DNA of 63,909 nucleotides, the filler included, from Lenisia limosa (Eukaryota > Protista > Breviatea): the NCBI GenBank assembly GCA_001655205.1. It is 14 parts of 14 records of this genome, joined end to end, with 100 filler letters (N's around TTAATTAATTAA, not from the genome) between each part and the next. Parts side by side here need not be neighbours in the genome. Positions count along the whole stretch, not along the records: positions 46,317 to 49,635 come from LPNZ01009331.1; positions 49,736 to 54,241 come from LPNZ01010249.1; positions 54,342 to 57,445 come from LPNZ01001389.1; positions 57,546 to 61,439 come from LPNZ01004608.1; 10 more parts are not named here. One strand, written 5' to 3'. Positions 49,581-60,878 of the stretch are shown here, piece after piece. The number at the start of each line of letters is the position of its first letter. Within the stretch, counting starts at the first letter, position 1. The translations under genes and the position numbers were made by a program. Below the pieces are notes generated by a model, which worked only from the letters and a program-made list of their open reading frames with translations, had not been told where the DNA came from and made no database searches.

Positions 49581-49735
49581 CTGGAGTTAATTCAAACTTT
49601 CAATAATCTTTGACAGTTGGCAATATACATACGCCNNNNNNNNNNNNNNNNNNNNNNNNNNNNNNNNNNNNNNNNNNNNTTAATTAATTAANNNNNNNNN
49701 NNNNNNNNNNNNNNNNNNNNNNNNNNNNNNNNNNN

Positions 49736-52700
49736 CCGCCACTCCACAGCCCATGAGAATCACCCAGCGCGTCGTCTCAACATCTCCCCAAATCTTCCGG
49801 GTGGCGTCTGAGTGGTCAATTATTTTACAATAGGCTTCACTTCGGTCCCTGAAAATTTCGATAGTTTTCGAGGATTAATCGAGAAATCCAGTCTTTTCTT
49901 TCGAACCAAAGTGAAGCCCTAGTCTCAATATAGAAATCTGGATCGTAAAGATCCGACAGTTAACTCTACAAAAAAAAACAGGGGTCAAAAATGGGAACAA
50001 AAGCCAAGAAAAAAGGAAAGCCACAAAGAAACCTTCTGTACCCCCCCCCNNNNNNNNNNNNNNNNNNNNNNNNNNNNNNNNNNNNNNNNNNNNNNNNNNN
50101 NNNNNNNNNNNNNNNNNNNNNNNNNNNNNNNNNNNNNNNNNNNNNNNNNNNNNNNNNNNNNNNNNNNNNNNNNNNNNNNNNNNNNNNNNNNNNNNNNNNN
50201 NNNNNNNNNNNNNNNNNNNNNNNNNNNNNNNNNNNNNNNNNNNNNNNNNNNNNNNNNNNNNNNNNNNNNNNCAAAAAAGGCTGAAAAGAATGGCTCATCC
50301 CGACAAAAATACGACATTTTCGGCATTTTCGGCGAGAAACACTGCGATTACTCTTTGTTCACGATAGCCAATGAATCTGAGACAACAGTTTTTGTCTTTC
50401 CGATANNNNNNNNNNATTCGCATCGGCTCCAACCAAATCGGGTACACAACGATTGAAGAGGGAAGTACTACATTGGTCAAAGTAGTCTCTATTGAAACTA
50501 GGATCATAGAGATCCGGCGGTTGACTACACAAAGAAACATCCACAGAAACAGGAGGACTTCATGAAAACACTGGTCGAAGTTGGGGAAAAAAAAAAAAAA
50601 AAAANNNNNNNNNNNNNNNNNNNNNNNNNNNNNNNNNNNNNNNNNNNNNNNNNNNNNNNNNNNNNNNNNNNNNNNNNNNNNNNNNNNNNNNNNNNNNNNN
50701 NNNNNNNNNNNNNNNNNNNNNNNNNNNNNNNNNNNNNNNNNNNNNNNNNNNNNNNNNNNNNNNNNNNNNNNNNNNNNNNNNNNNNNNNNNNNNNNNNNNN
50801 NNNNNNNNNNNNNNNNNNNNNNNNNNNCCCCACCATATTATCCTTATTTTTTTAAACAAAATTGCTTCCAGTTTAATTATGTAATTATGTGAAAAACGGT
50901 CATTTGTGCGTACCTGTCATATTTCTTGAAACACTCGTTGTTGTTGTACTGGGCCAAAATGCCGACAGCGTTGTCAGCAGCTGTTACGTTGTAGAGACAG
51001 ACAACCTGCAGGAGATCAAAAGTAAATCCTCTGTTGTTCTGACACGAACAATATATGGATCTGCGTTGCTTATGATAAGAACGCAATATTGAGAGGTGTT
51101 GGCTTTCAGCTGACAATGCAAAAGAAAGAAATAAGTAATAGCTTATAGATATTCATTCACCCATCATTTGCTTTACAACTCGATTTACAAATCTGTGTCT
51201 ACAGCTTGCTGCGTGGCTTATCAGCATATTATTACAAGATTGTATTCATGAATAAGGACAAAATCCCCTGCAAAAAACCCAGATAATTCCTCCTAAACCC
51301 GTCTTGCCACACATTCACACTAATAACGAACATTATTCACATAATATGTAATCAATATCATTGTAGTACCTAGGAGTTCCACTACGATCCCAAAAAAGAC
51401 TGACTTACTCGATAAATCCGCGGTAAATATCGACATTTTAACGGTCTTTTCGGACCAGAGGGAAGCCCTAGTATAATACCCCACTGCCTACCTCACTCGC
51501 CTTAGTCGGGATTATCACAGTTTCCTTTGGACATTCGGACACACAAATCTGAATATCGGAGTCGGTGGGGCTAGCGTACAGGAGTTTTGTGCGGTCACTG
51601 CAAGGTCATCATTATGCGCAATGAACAAAGTTCTCACTGGGGCTTCCCTACGGTCCAAAAAAGACCAGCAAAATATAGACAATTTTCAAGGATTTATCGA
51701 GAAATTCGGTCATTTTTTGAGACCGTAGAAGCACTACTTGTTTGGGCCAACATCGTCAAATAGCAAAAATGCCTGGTGAGGCTTCCATTAGAAAAAGCAA
51801 TGAGAAATAAAAAAGTTGTATCTGGCCAANNNNNNNNNNNNNNNNNNNNNNNNNNNNNNNNNNNNNNNNNNNNNNNNNNNNNNNNNNNNNNNNNNNNNNN
51901 CTCTGTTCACACAGCTTTCTGCGTGCCTCCCCAGCATACCATATAGATTATGTATATATTATCTTAGTGGTCAAAATTTCGAATAAAAACTAGTTTTTTC
52001 TTTTAATATCCTACTAATTGGTGGCTTCCTCATGTGAATGAACAAGAAGACGGATAGTACCCCCTCCCCCACGATAAATCGCGGCCATTCTTGAGAAGGC
52101 TTGCTGCAGCCGAGTTGTCAACACCGCAGATATTGCCCTCCATATCGTATCCGTAGATGAGTCTGGGAGGTTAGCAATTATGTCAATATACATTGGGAAG
52201 AAAAAAGCACTTCCGGGAACTGTAAAGACCTCAAGCCCCCGAAATACACCAAATGTACAGAAGGAAGACACCAATTTGCCTTATTCAATTAAATACTCCG
52301 AATGGGTAAACAAAGGCNNNNNNNNNNNNNNNNNNNNNNNNNNNNNNNNNNNNNNNNNNNNNNNNNNNNNNNNNNNNNNNNNNNNNNNNNNNNNNNNNNN
52401 NNNNNNNNNNNGAGAATACGTCCAAATAAGGTACTAATATTAAAAAAGTTATAAATAGTGGACTCAGAGAAAATAGTCTGACTGAAGCCTTCATCGCTAT
52501 ACTCAGAAAGCAATCACGCTTTGAAAGAGTAGAAAAAACAAGACTTGGTATGGAGCAAGACCGAACTAGGCAGTTCGCCGTAACATGAATCGGACAACAC
52601 CACCCATGCCAATTTATATTGTCAATTTACAGGTATAAAGAAAGCACTTTGCGGGAGTATGAGGGAAAATGGAAACCCAAGATCCAAGAGAATGACTTCA

Positions 52701-52953
52701 AAAGCCCTACCTGTCTGGGTTACCCTTGTCCAGCGCTTGGTAAGCCACATAAAGCATTCCTCCCCAGAAAATAAGATAGAGGAGAAGGAAGGCGATATCG
52801 GTGCAACTTCTATTGTCAAAGTTCACTCCTACAGATCGGTGAATTTCCAAGGGTTCTCGGGATCAGCTAACCATGGTCTGGGGTCCATTCCATAGGTTCA
52901 CCAGCTTTTTTCAAGTTCTGGGACTTGTGGACGTTCTTATCTTCTGAGCCCAT
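49736..52953 (-). CDS. SLC44: Choline transporter-like protein (CTL/SLC44), N-terminal half
   Basis: MGSEDKN...NRSCTDIAFLLLYLIFWGGMLYVAYQALDKGNPDR-LIYGYDMEGNICGVDN...LLYASPTDSDIQICVSECP...SLFNRCVPD...KIWGDVETTRWVILMGCGVA. RSCTD, RLxYGYDxxGNxCG, CVxxCP and NRCxP are CTL hallmarks. Confidence 0.92.
49833..49919. mobile_element. MITE family A copy (CTL intron)
   Basis: TA|GGCTTCACTTCGG...CCAAAGTGAAGCCC|TA. Confidence 0.8.
51373..51468. mobile_element. MITE family A copy (CTL intron)
   Basis: 96 bp; TA|GGAGTTCCACTACG...GAGGGAAGCCC|TA. Confidence 0.8.
51640..51734. mobile_element. MITE family A copy (CTL intron)
   Basis: GGGCTTCCCTACGGTCC...GACCGTAGAAGCAC|TA. Confidence 0.75.
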
Positions 52954-53183
52954 GATGAATGTCTCAAAAGTAGAAGTCTTCCTGGTTCTTTTCTTGCTTA
53001 ATTAAAAAATAAAACTCGCTCCTTTTCTAGTTATTGCTTTTTCAGGGATTTTTTCAAAAGAATTTTTATTTAAACTTACAGTTTAAATAATGTAACATTT
53101 AAATCGCGCGGACAATGCAGTGCAACTTCTTTACCACAGTTGTTGTTGCCTGTTGAGACTTGCGCAGACTTGCAGTTAAGATA

Positions 53184-54090
53184 ATGACGGAAGAAGCCAG
53201 TCGAACTGGAACCTATGTTCCTCAATCAGACGATGACTGGCCGGCAACTCACCCACTTCTTGCCGAGTACAAGGCCCCTCCGCATGTTGAAGAGGCGTGG
53301 AAGTATTGGGAGTCCATTGGCAAGCCGAAGTATCTTCTTGCACCAAGTTGGCTGGGACCCTCTGATATCTCTTTGCTTCAGGGTTGATTCAATCTCTTTC
53401 ACAATATTGAAAATTTGACGAAATCGCCTCTAAAGACAAAAATATTTATACAACTGTGATAACAACACCATGTGACTTGAATATTACAGATGTTTTTGAG
53501 AGAGTGGGAACGATGGTCTGTCTTTGACGGATTCTAGATTATTCGGGCGGAGCATTTGCAGCTTTGTTTAATACTTCTGATAACCAGGATATATATTCAT
53601 AAAAACATATGGAAGAATATCATATTAATATAATATCTCATTATTGTGAGGTTCAAGAGATTGTTGCTAGTGTAAGAGATTGTTGGTAGTGTAGTGGGGT
53701 AACTGATAAAGCCATAAATAAACTGTCGCCTTATACTCTTATTTTCTTGAAACATATTGTTGTTTTTATGACCAGTAATAGACTATTCTTCACTATTTAT
53801 GGTTTTCTATTTCAATTGCAATATCTTTAGTATCGCATGTTCAAAATATAAATTGACTTGTTTCAGGCAAAGCAATCCGTATTATCATAATATTTGTCGT
53901 TTTTTTTTTTTTCTATATGCATAGTTGTNNNNNNNNNNNNNNNNNNNNNNNNNNNNNNNNNNNNNNNNNNNNNNNNNNNNNNNNNNNNNNNNNNNNNNNN
54001 NNNNNNNNNNNNNNNNNNNNNNNNNNNNNNNNNNNTCCCTTCCGCATGTTAGTTCGTCAGCATGGTGTCACAGGGTGCTACACTCCGATG
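53184..54090 (+). CDS. DUS1: tRNA-dihydrouridine synthase 1-like, N-terminal fragment
   Basis: AWKYWESIGKPKYLLAP (exon 1) and PFRMLVRQHGVTGCYTPM (54036-54090) match the DUS1 N-terminal APMV...FR.L.R..G...CYTPM motif. Confidence 0.88.
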
Positions 54091-54341
54091 GTGGGCATGA
54101 GGGGTGGGTATAGGTTCTAGCTTTTTATCCCGATGTTTTGTATTTTGTCCAGGGTTTCATTTCTGTCTCATGAATGAATTCCTTGAGGATCTGGGTCTCT
54201 AATATATCGATATATATAGTATGTACTATATGATATATGCTNNNNNNNNNNNNNNNNNNNNNNNNNNNNNNNNNNNNNNNNNNNNTTAATTAATTAANNN
54301 NNNNNNNNNNNNNNNNNNNNNNNNNNNNNNNNNNNNNNNNN

Positions 54342-56678
54342 GGGACTTAGAACGTAGAGCGAAGGTCATTGCCTCTCACCAGCATAAAGTAACTCCCCCC
54401 CACGCGGGTTGCCTCGGTCGTCTTCAAAGAAATCTCCTCTGTGACTAAGGCAAGTTTTTGGCTCAGTTCAACGATGCCAATAACCTGTAGGGGAGGAGGG
54501 AGTAAAACGAAGGAAATTTCGATGAAGAATAATGGCGTAAAGGTGCTAATCATGAAACCAATAATCTGAAACTCCAAACAAGGTATATTTGGAAAAAATA
54601 CAAAAAAAAACTCAGATTCCAATCCACTTCCCCTCAAACCTCCGAATATCGGTCACCTGGCTGAAGTTCGAGGGCTTTTTGGAAGGCATCCGGAAACTGA
54701 AATGGTGAGCAAAAATTTCTAGAACCAGAAATGTTGCAAGAAAAAAAAAAAACAGATTGTTTTTGTATTGCTAGTAAATACCTGAAATGAAAAGTCAAAT
54801 TGCTTGTAAAAACAAGAAAGTTGTCAAATAGCAAGTAACAACCAGAAATTATGAGCCAAAATTGCTGAATAACTGGCTCTATAAGAGGGAGGGAGGGAAA
54901 TTGAAATGATGAGACAGCATCTCAAATATTCTCATCATAAACCCTGAAAAAGACCGGTAAAATATCGATAGTTTTCAAAGAACTATGGTGAAATTCACTC
55001 TTTCGGATTGAAGTGAAGCCCCCCGTACCACAAACTCCTCTCCCTCCTCCACGGGCGCGGTGAAGGCCGCTACGTACTCCAGCAGCTCAATTCCCGTCTG
55101 GGCCCTTCGACTCTGAAGAACCACGGCTTCCAGNNNNNNNNNNNNNNNNNNNNNNNNNNNNNNNNNNNNNNNNNNNNNNNNNNNNNNNNNNNNNNNNNNN
55201 NNNNNNNNNNNNNNNNNNNNNNNNNNNNNNNNNNNNNNNNNNNNNNNNNNNNNNNNNNNNNNNNNNNNNNNNNNNNNNNNNNNNNNNNNNNNNNNNNNNN
55301 NNNNNNNNNNNNNNNNNNNNNNNNNNNNNNNNNNNNNNNCACCTCCATAGTAAAATGTACATATCGATATGTAATATATAATATGTACATATTATATCCA
55401 TAATTACTGCTTCACTTCGGCTCGAAAAAAACGGTAAAAGATCGATAGTTTTCGAGGATTTATCGAGAATTTCAGTCCTTTATCGACCCAGAATAATAAA
55501 GCCCACACCTCCATATCGCCTATAGCCTCGACCAGCCCGGAGGAAAAGTCCATGCTCTGTGAAGCGGCGTCATTTTCTGTACTCCTAATTTCTTCGTCAA
55601 TCTGTTGAGTTAATTGGGGTGGGGGGTAAGATGAGATAATTTATGAAACAAAAAAGAGCCCAAAATCAACTTTGTTGCTGACAACACACGAAGGTTGAAA
55701 ATAACAAAAACAAAACAAAGCCCAGCCAGTCGCAGCACTGCATCCCACCATTGTCAAACAACATAGTGGATTATGGGCTTTTTGTTTAATAAATTGTCCA
55801 CTTTACTCCTCTCTCTCACAAACACACTCCAATTCACTCTTCCCAACCTCATCAGCAAGATCGAAGCACCTCTCCAGGCCAAGTTGGAGGGCAAGAAGGC
55901 AGACCTCCGGCTCGAACGGCTCTGCTTCGTGTTAGGAGGGGGGGGGGTAAAACGAAAGAAATTTCGATGAAGAATATTGGCATGGGAGGGGAGTCGGGGA
56001 GCGTGGGTGTGGAAGTATGGTAATGTATATATTTGTGTCCCTAGATTTCTAATGTATATATTATTTCTCTTGTTCAAAAAAGGGTAAACTCGAAAACTTA
56101 TGAAACAAAAAAGAAGCCCATAATCAGCAATGGTCTGACGGCTCCGGACAGACTCATCCTTGTTTTATTTCTCATCTCCAAATATGACACTTAACCCATT
56201 GTGAATAAGAAGATTAAATAACAAGCACCCTGTGTTGTGACACTTATTTTGAACACAAATTGATAAACTGACAAATAATAAAAGTTAAAAACTGACAAAT
56301 AACAAAAGTTAAAAACCGACAAATATTAAAAGTTCAAAACAACATGAAATTATATGGAAGAGAAGTTTAATTCTGCAAAAAAAGAAAAAAAAATGAACAA
56401 GAAGAAAAAGGAGAAGGAGAAGGAGAAGAAGAAGAAGAACAGATGAACAAGCAAGGAGAAGAAGAATAAGAAGAGATCTCTTCAATGCAAAACCAACCGT
56501 CCTTTTTGGGGATTGTCGTGGCTGTGAGCTTGTCAATGAACGCTTTGATGTCGAAACCTTCCTATAAAGATCATAATACACATTATGCAACGTAAGAAGG
56601 ACGAGAAGCACCCACATCAAAGTAGGACTGGTCAAACTCCTGCTTTCTTGGTCGTCGGCCGACTCCAAGCCCGCTCAT
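54342..56678 (-). CDS. EXOC5: Exocyst complex component Sec10, N-terminal part
   Basis: EGFDIKAFIDKLT; EPFEPEVCLLALQLGLERCFDLADEIDEEIRSTENDA; LEAVVLQSRRAQTGIELLEYVAAF; VELSQKLALVTEEI. These are colinear with the Sec10 N-terminus as recalled (F..DEYIERL; AFDPK; LEGVNTPRQRAVEAQKLMKYFNEF; IQKLHLIAQEL). Confidence 0.72.
54490..54580 (-). repeat. Dispersed repeat family D abutting a splice acceptor
   Basis: Sense consensus TTGGAGTTTCAGATTATTCGGTTCGTGATTAGTACCTTTACGCCAATATTCTTCATCGAAATTTCCTTCGTTTTACTCCC. Copies or fragments at ~23030, 24480, 24785, 28525, 31258, 38225, 38522, 54490, 55945, 57402 and 61400. Confidence 0.8.
54942..55021. mobile_element. MITE family A copy, left end truncated (Sec10 intron)
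   Basis: AAAAAGACCGG...GAAGTGAAGCCC. Confidence 0.65.
55409..55490. mobile_element. MITE family A copy, right end truncated (Sec10 intron)
   Basis: GCTTCACTTCGGCTCG...TTTCAGTCC. Confidence 0.65.
55620..55740 (-). repeat. Dispersed repeat family E abutting a splice acceptor
   Basis: Sense consensus GCGACTGGCTGGGCTTTGTTTTG...GTCAGCCAACARAGTTGATTTTGGGCT...TTTCATAAAATWTCCAATTTTAC(T)CCCC. Copies or fragments at ~16070, 24430, 27485, 28742, 29650, 30700, 55620, 56090 and 61345. Confidence 0.75.
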
Positions 56679-57065
56679 TGCTTGCTTTCCTTAAATATAA
56701 TACGTATTTTATTTTTCTGCCATTGTGTGTCCTTGTTTTTGAGTTTTTCAGTCCTTCTTAATTTGATCACCGATCACGTATTTCATGTGAATTCATCTAG
56801 TTTGCTAATGAAAAAAGGCCCCCGATTGCAGCCCGATTGGTTCGTACGGTTTGTTGTTTATCAATTAATCTATATTCGTATCAGGACATCTGCGATGAAA
56901 AAATTAACAAAAGTGGTAAGAAAATCTGGGTTCAGGGTTACAAAGTTACAAACAAATCGTCATTTATTTCTGAAAAAGCCCAAAACTGGAAGAAATGGAA
57001 GAGGGTAAGCCTGGAGTGGTACACCTTCGAAAAGAAATTCATATAATACAAAACACACACTGCCC

Positions 57066-57158
57066 CTAGCGCCTTCGGCTCTTCATTTCCAGATTCTGAA
57101 TTTTGGAGTCCTTGAGTCGGACCAACTGCTCCAATGTACGCACCTTCTCTTCAAGCAT
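57066..57158 (-). CDS. Terminal coding exon of an unidentified coiled-coil protein
   Basis: Acceptor CCCCATAG, then MLEEKVRTLEQLVRLKDSKIQNLEMKSRRR*, with heptad periodicity. Confidence 0.5.
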   Translation of the reverse strand: MLEEKVRTLEQLVRLKDSKIQNLEMKSRRR

Positions 57159-57948
57159 CTATGGGGAGATAAATGGGTGAAATGAGGGAATATGTGTGTT
57201 TATCCCTATTATTCATTTGTTTCCCTAGATTTCTAATGGATATTATTTCTCTTGTTTAAACATACACACACACACACACACCACAAAATATGATAGAAAT
57301 GAGAAGAAAAAAAAAATACACGCTTGAGATTAGTATAAAATTAATACAACCAATCATTTACCATACAACTCTGGGCACACAAAATACATATCCATACCCC
57401 ACCCTATTCTTCATCAAAATTTCATTTGTTTCATACTACCCTTGTNNNNNNNNNNNNNNNNNNNNNNNNNNNNNNNNNNNNNNNNNNNNTTAATTAATTA
57501 ANNNNNNNNNNNNNNNNNNNNNNNNNNNNNNNNNNNNNNNNNNNNATTATTGTTCAAAGAAATAAACATAAAAATTGAGAAGGGGATAAAAATTTTCCAC
57601 AAATCACCGCGGTCCTTGAAATCTTTCACCCAAAAATCTACAATAAAGAAAAAAGGTGATGTTTTAGTTGCTTTATTCAAAGAAGAAGGGAGTTTCGGGA
57701 GTTTCATAGCAGATTTTGGTTAAACTATGGGATAATCAAGGAACACAGCGGCCCTTTTCGGACCAAAATGAAGAACATTTTCTCAAAAGATCATGTGGCA
57801 AATAGGGTTCATTGAAATAATGCAGGACCAAACAAAAGCAGCTGATCTNNNNNNNNNNNNNNNNNNNNNNNNNNNNNNNNNNNNNNNNNNNNNNNNNNNN
57901 NNNNNNNNNNNNNNNNNNNNNNNNNNNNNNNNNNNNNNNNNNNNNNCG

Positions 57949-58314
57949 TTGCTCCTCATCGATGGGGGTGGCAGCTGAAGTTGAGGTCACAGACTCATTG
58001 TCAGCCTGCAGGGACTTGAGCTTCTCTGCCTCGGCTTCCATTTCAGCTACTCTCTTACGCATCGCCTCAAGATCCTACAATGATGTCAAAAGAAGAAGTT
58101 CTGGAAGGGACAAACCTCTGTGGTGGCAGTTTCTTCAACCATTTCGGCTTCTATGAAGTAAGACTAATATAACGACACCATACAACCGGTAGATCCCAGA
58201 TTATCAGCAACAAAGACAATCAGAAGTTCAGAAAAAAAATGAAACCACGTCAATACGTCTCATTTCAAGTGGCTTACCAGGAATATCAACAGCTGGCACG
58301 GTTTCTTCAGACAT
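57949..58314 (-). CDS. PABPN1: Nuclear poly(A)-binding protein, N-terminal part (RRM not visible)
   Basis: MSEETVPAVDIP-AEMVEETATTE-DLEAMRKRVAEMEAEAEKLKSLQ matches the PABPN1 coiled coil [23 protein letters not shown]. Confidence 0.85.
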
Positions 58315-58549
58315 CTTGGCTTCTACACAATAAAAAAATCATCAGAAATCATTAATCACATTCCTGGTCATTAGCCTTATTATTTTACCTCTATTAACAA
58401 CCACTGCATACTTTGGAAGTGTCTATAGCTCTAAAAAGACCAATTAAAAAAAAACAAATTGTATTTATACTACATGTAACTAATGTAAAGTAATAATTAA
58501 AAAAATCATTGAGGAAGTTTGCTTGCTTTGGGTCTTATTTAGGTCCAAT

Positions 58550-60878
58550 ATGTTGCTCTGTTGCTTTATTGTTTGTGGGTTTGCAGGCAAGTATGGTGTC
58601 ACAGTTCCTTCAACACTGACCAAACAGGTAGCCGTTCTATTTGGCTTCAGCCAACCCTTGACAATTAACACAAGTGGTGAACTGAATGGGTGGGTTTTTG
58701 TGATGTTTGTCGAATTTCTTTATTTATTTATAGAGTTATTCCTGAATACGAGAACCGTATTTCATTCCTGGAGTCTCAGGTCGCTGCCCTTCAGTCCAAT
58801 GTAGAGCTTGTTCTTGAAGAATTGCAGGCGCTTCAACCAACTCGTAAGATGGGAGGGCAAAAGTTTGGCTTGTCTAAAAATGTGGTGTCTCTTAAAAAAA
58901 ACGTCTGTAGAATTAACCTTTTATATTTTAATTATGTTCATAAAAATACCACTTTTATCACTTTTTATTTCACTACAGACACAACAACGACCTTTTTAGA
59001 TGAGCCATAATTTTGGGGTTTGATAATTTAATGGATTATATAATTTTTATTATACTAATTGTTCAGCATGTTCCATTAAACAGAGTAACCTGCCCTATGT
59101 TTCACAGTATGATGGGGCACGCAGAAAGCTGTCTGCACAGAATTGTCAGGCAAATGATTGGGTGAATTAATATTATACCATAATCCAATATTTCTTATGA
59201 GCGTGATGGCGTGGACGGCTTCGGCCAGATACAACCTTGTTTTTTATTTCTCAGCAATAATATATGTTTCAAAGTAACCGGGACAGTTTTTGATTGGTTT
59301 AATGTTTTTTGTTGTTTTTTTCCAACCACTTTAGATTCCAAGGAAGTGAGTATCTTTGTGCTCCCAACCTTGATGGTGGCCAATGGACATTAGGTTTGTC
59401 TGAGTCGAAGCATTAAAAGTTCTCATCCCTCAGCATTTGCCTTTGGTAAAGATGTGCCGAACACAGTGTAGGTTGACTTTTATTACGTTGTTGGTGGATG
59501 AATTTATTAGCATTCTTCTTCAGTTCTTCTTATTGTCATACCAATGTTGCCACCTTTCAAACTTGCAACGTGGAATATTCAAAAAGGATGATTTTATTTT
59601 ATAGGCAAATGAGTTCAGCGACAGCTGCGTTGAATGCTGCTGCGATGACTAACTACACTGACTTTGTTGTTGATGATAACACTGCCAGTTTGTTCATTTT
59701 TTTATTTTTTCGTTATGGCATAGGTTTTTTGAGCCCTGAAGAAATGACACAGTTTGCTCCAACTGAATTTTTGGTCCTCATTGGAAAGGGAGCTTTCTTA
59801 ATGAAGACTACAGGGTGGGGACACTGGGTATGTTTAAGGGTTCCCTACGGTCCCGATACCTTTTATTGGACCGTAGGGAAGCCCTAGTTAATATATGTCT
59901 TTGAGAAATTGTGTAGTAATGATCCGGTGGTTGAACTGTCAACAATAACACCCAAATTATGTTTACTGTTTCAGCCCACCAGATCCTTTCAAGTTCATTC
60001 ATACGACAACGTATGCGAAGACCTATGTGACTGCAGTATATTACTCAAGCAATGATATCACGGTGAGATGGATTCACTGCTTGAACTCCTATTTGGATAA
60101 ATGTACAGCTTTTTTGCTGAAGTTATTTTAAGTGATACTCTTTACCAACACTGATTTTTTTCTGAAAATCATGAAACGAAAAGGCTAATAATCAATAATA
60201 GATTCACATTTGAATTGATGATGATGCCAAATTCAGTCTATCTAATTAAACAGAAAGAGGTGCCCGTATGGGAACTTCAAAGCGGAACAATGGGCGGACG
60301 AGGCGATCCCTGTACTGGAGGTTGCCATTATATCCCAGGTAGGCGCTCCGTCGATTATTGTTATTAGGGCTTCCCTACAGTCCGAAAAAGACCGTTTAAA
60401 TATCGATATTTATCAAGGATTTATCGAGATATTCGGTCTTTTTTGGGACCGTAGGGAACCCCTAATTGTTATGCCTCTCACATTCCAGATGATATCAATG
60501 CTGGCTACAATTGGGTACACAGAGAGAATTCTGCTCCAGCTGCTGGAGGTTTGGGGGCTCTGCTATCACCCATAGAGCTTCACTTCGGTTCGAAAAGACC
60601 AGTAAAATATCGATATTTATCGAGAATTTATCGGGAACTGCAGTATATTTTGGGACCGAAGGGAAGCCCTAGCTTTCTCCAATGATATGATATACAGTGA
60701 CCAGAATAGGTCTTGACCATTGGGATAATCAAAGAATAAATCGTTAAAGACTTATCCTGGTCACTGTATATCATAGAGTAAATCGGAAGACTTATCCCGG
60801 TCACTGTATTTTGATATTTTTACCCATCAAGCGATTTCGAGCACCGAACCGCATCAGTCAATGGTGTTCATTCGCTGA
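58550..60878 (+). CDS. Secreted protein: signal peptide, coiled coil and fibrinogen-C/intelectin-like domain (tentative)
   Basis: MLLCCFIVCGFAG; YENRISFLESQVAALQSNVELVLEEL; (S/A)CSIKQSNLP; YLCAPNLDGGQWTLAFAFG; ends HQSMVFIR*. This resembles the SC..IK / C....DGGGWTL / terminal xxFxR pattern of FReD/intelectin domains. Middle exons are uncertain. Confidence 0.45.
59107..59257 (-). repeat. Dispersed repeat family C, near-complete copy (~150 bp, unclassified)
   Basis: Core CAATGAGAAATAAAAAACAAGGTTGTATCTGGCCGAAGCCGTCCACACCATCACGCTTATAAGAGATATTGGATTAT, then AATTCACCCAATCATTTGCCTTACAACTCTGTGCACAGCTTTCTGCGTGCC. Other copies or fragments in both orientations at ~9241, 21335, 22035, 28350, 31398, 32210-32340, 32865, 33370, 35750, 35885, 37286, 39612, 47675, 51150, 51798, 51901, 57335, 60970 and 61050. 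Confidence 0.85.
59838..59884. mobile_element. MITE family A, 47-bp minimal copy (both TIRs, centre deleted)
   Basis: GGGTTCCCTACGGTCC-15 nt-GGACCGTAGGGAAGCCC|TA. Confidence 0.8.
60367..60462. mobile_element. MITE family A copy
   Basis: 96 bp; TA|GGGCTTCCCTACAGTCC...GGACCGTAGGGAACCCC|TA. Confidence 0.88.
60575..60669. mobile_element. MITE family A copy with mixed TIR variants
   Basis: TA|GAGCTTCACTTCGG...CCGAAGGGAAGCCC|TA. Confidence 0.85.
60695..60806. mobile_element. MITE family B copy (60695-60766) plus an adjacent extra right TIR (60782-60806)
   Basis: TA|CAGTGACCAGAATAGGTCTTGACC...GACTTATCCTGGTCACTG|TA, then GACTTATCCCGGTCACTG|TA. Confidence 0.82.

Noticed and set aside
52818-52845. 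Second tiny (23-nt) intron in CTL
   Set aside because: A single ~70-nt intron gives the better protein (…AGVNFDNRSCTD).
1884-58062. ORF-track entries running through N gaps
   Set aside because: Their length is an artefact of X translation; they are not evidence of coding.
59392-59432. 17-nt intron in the secreted-protein gene
   Set aside because: A 40-nt intron gives the more plausible WTLAFAFG reading.
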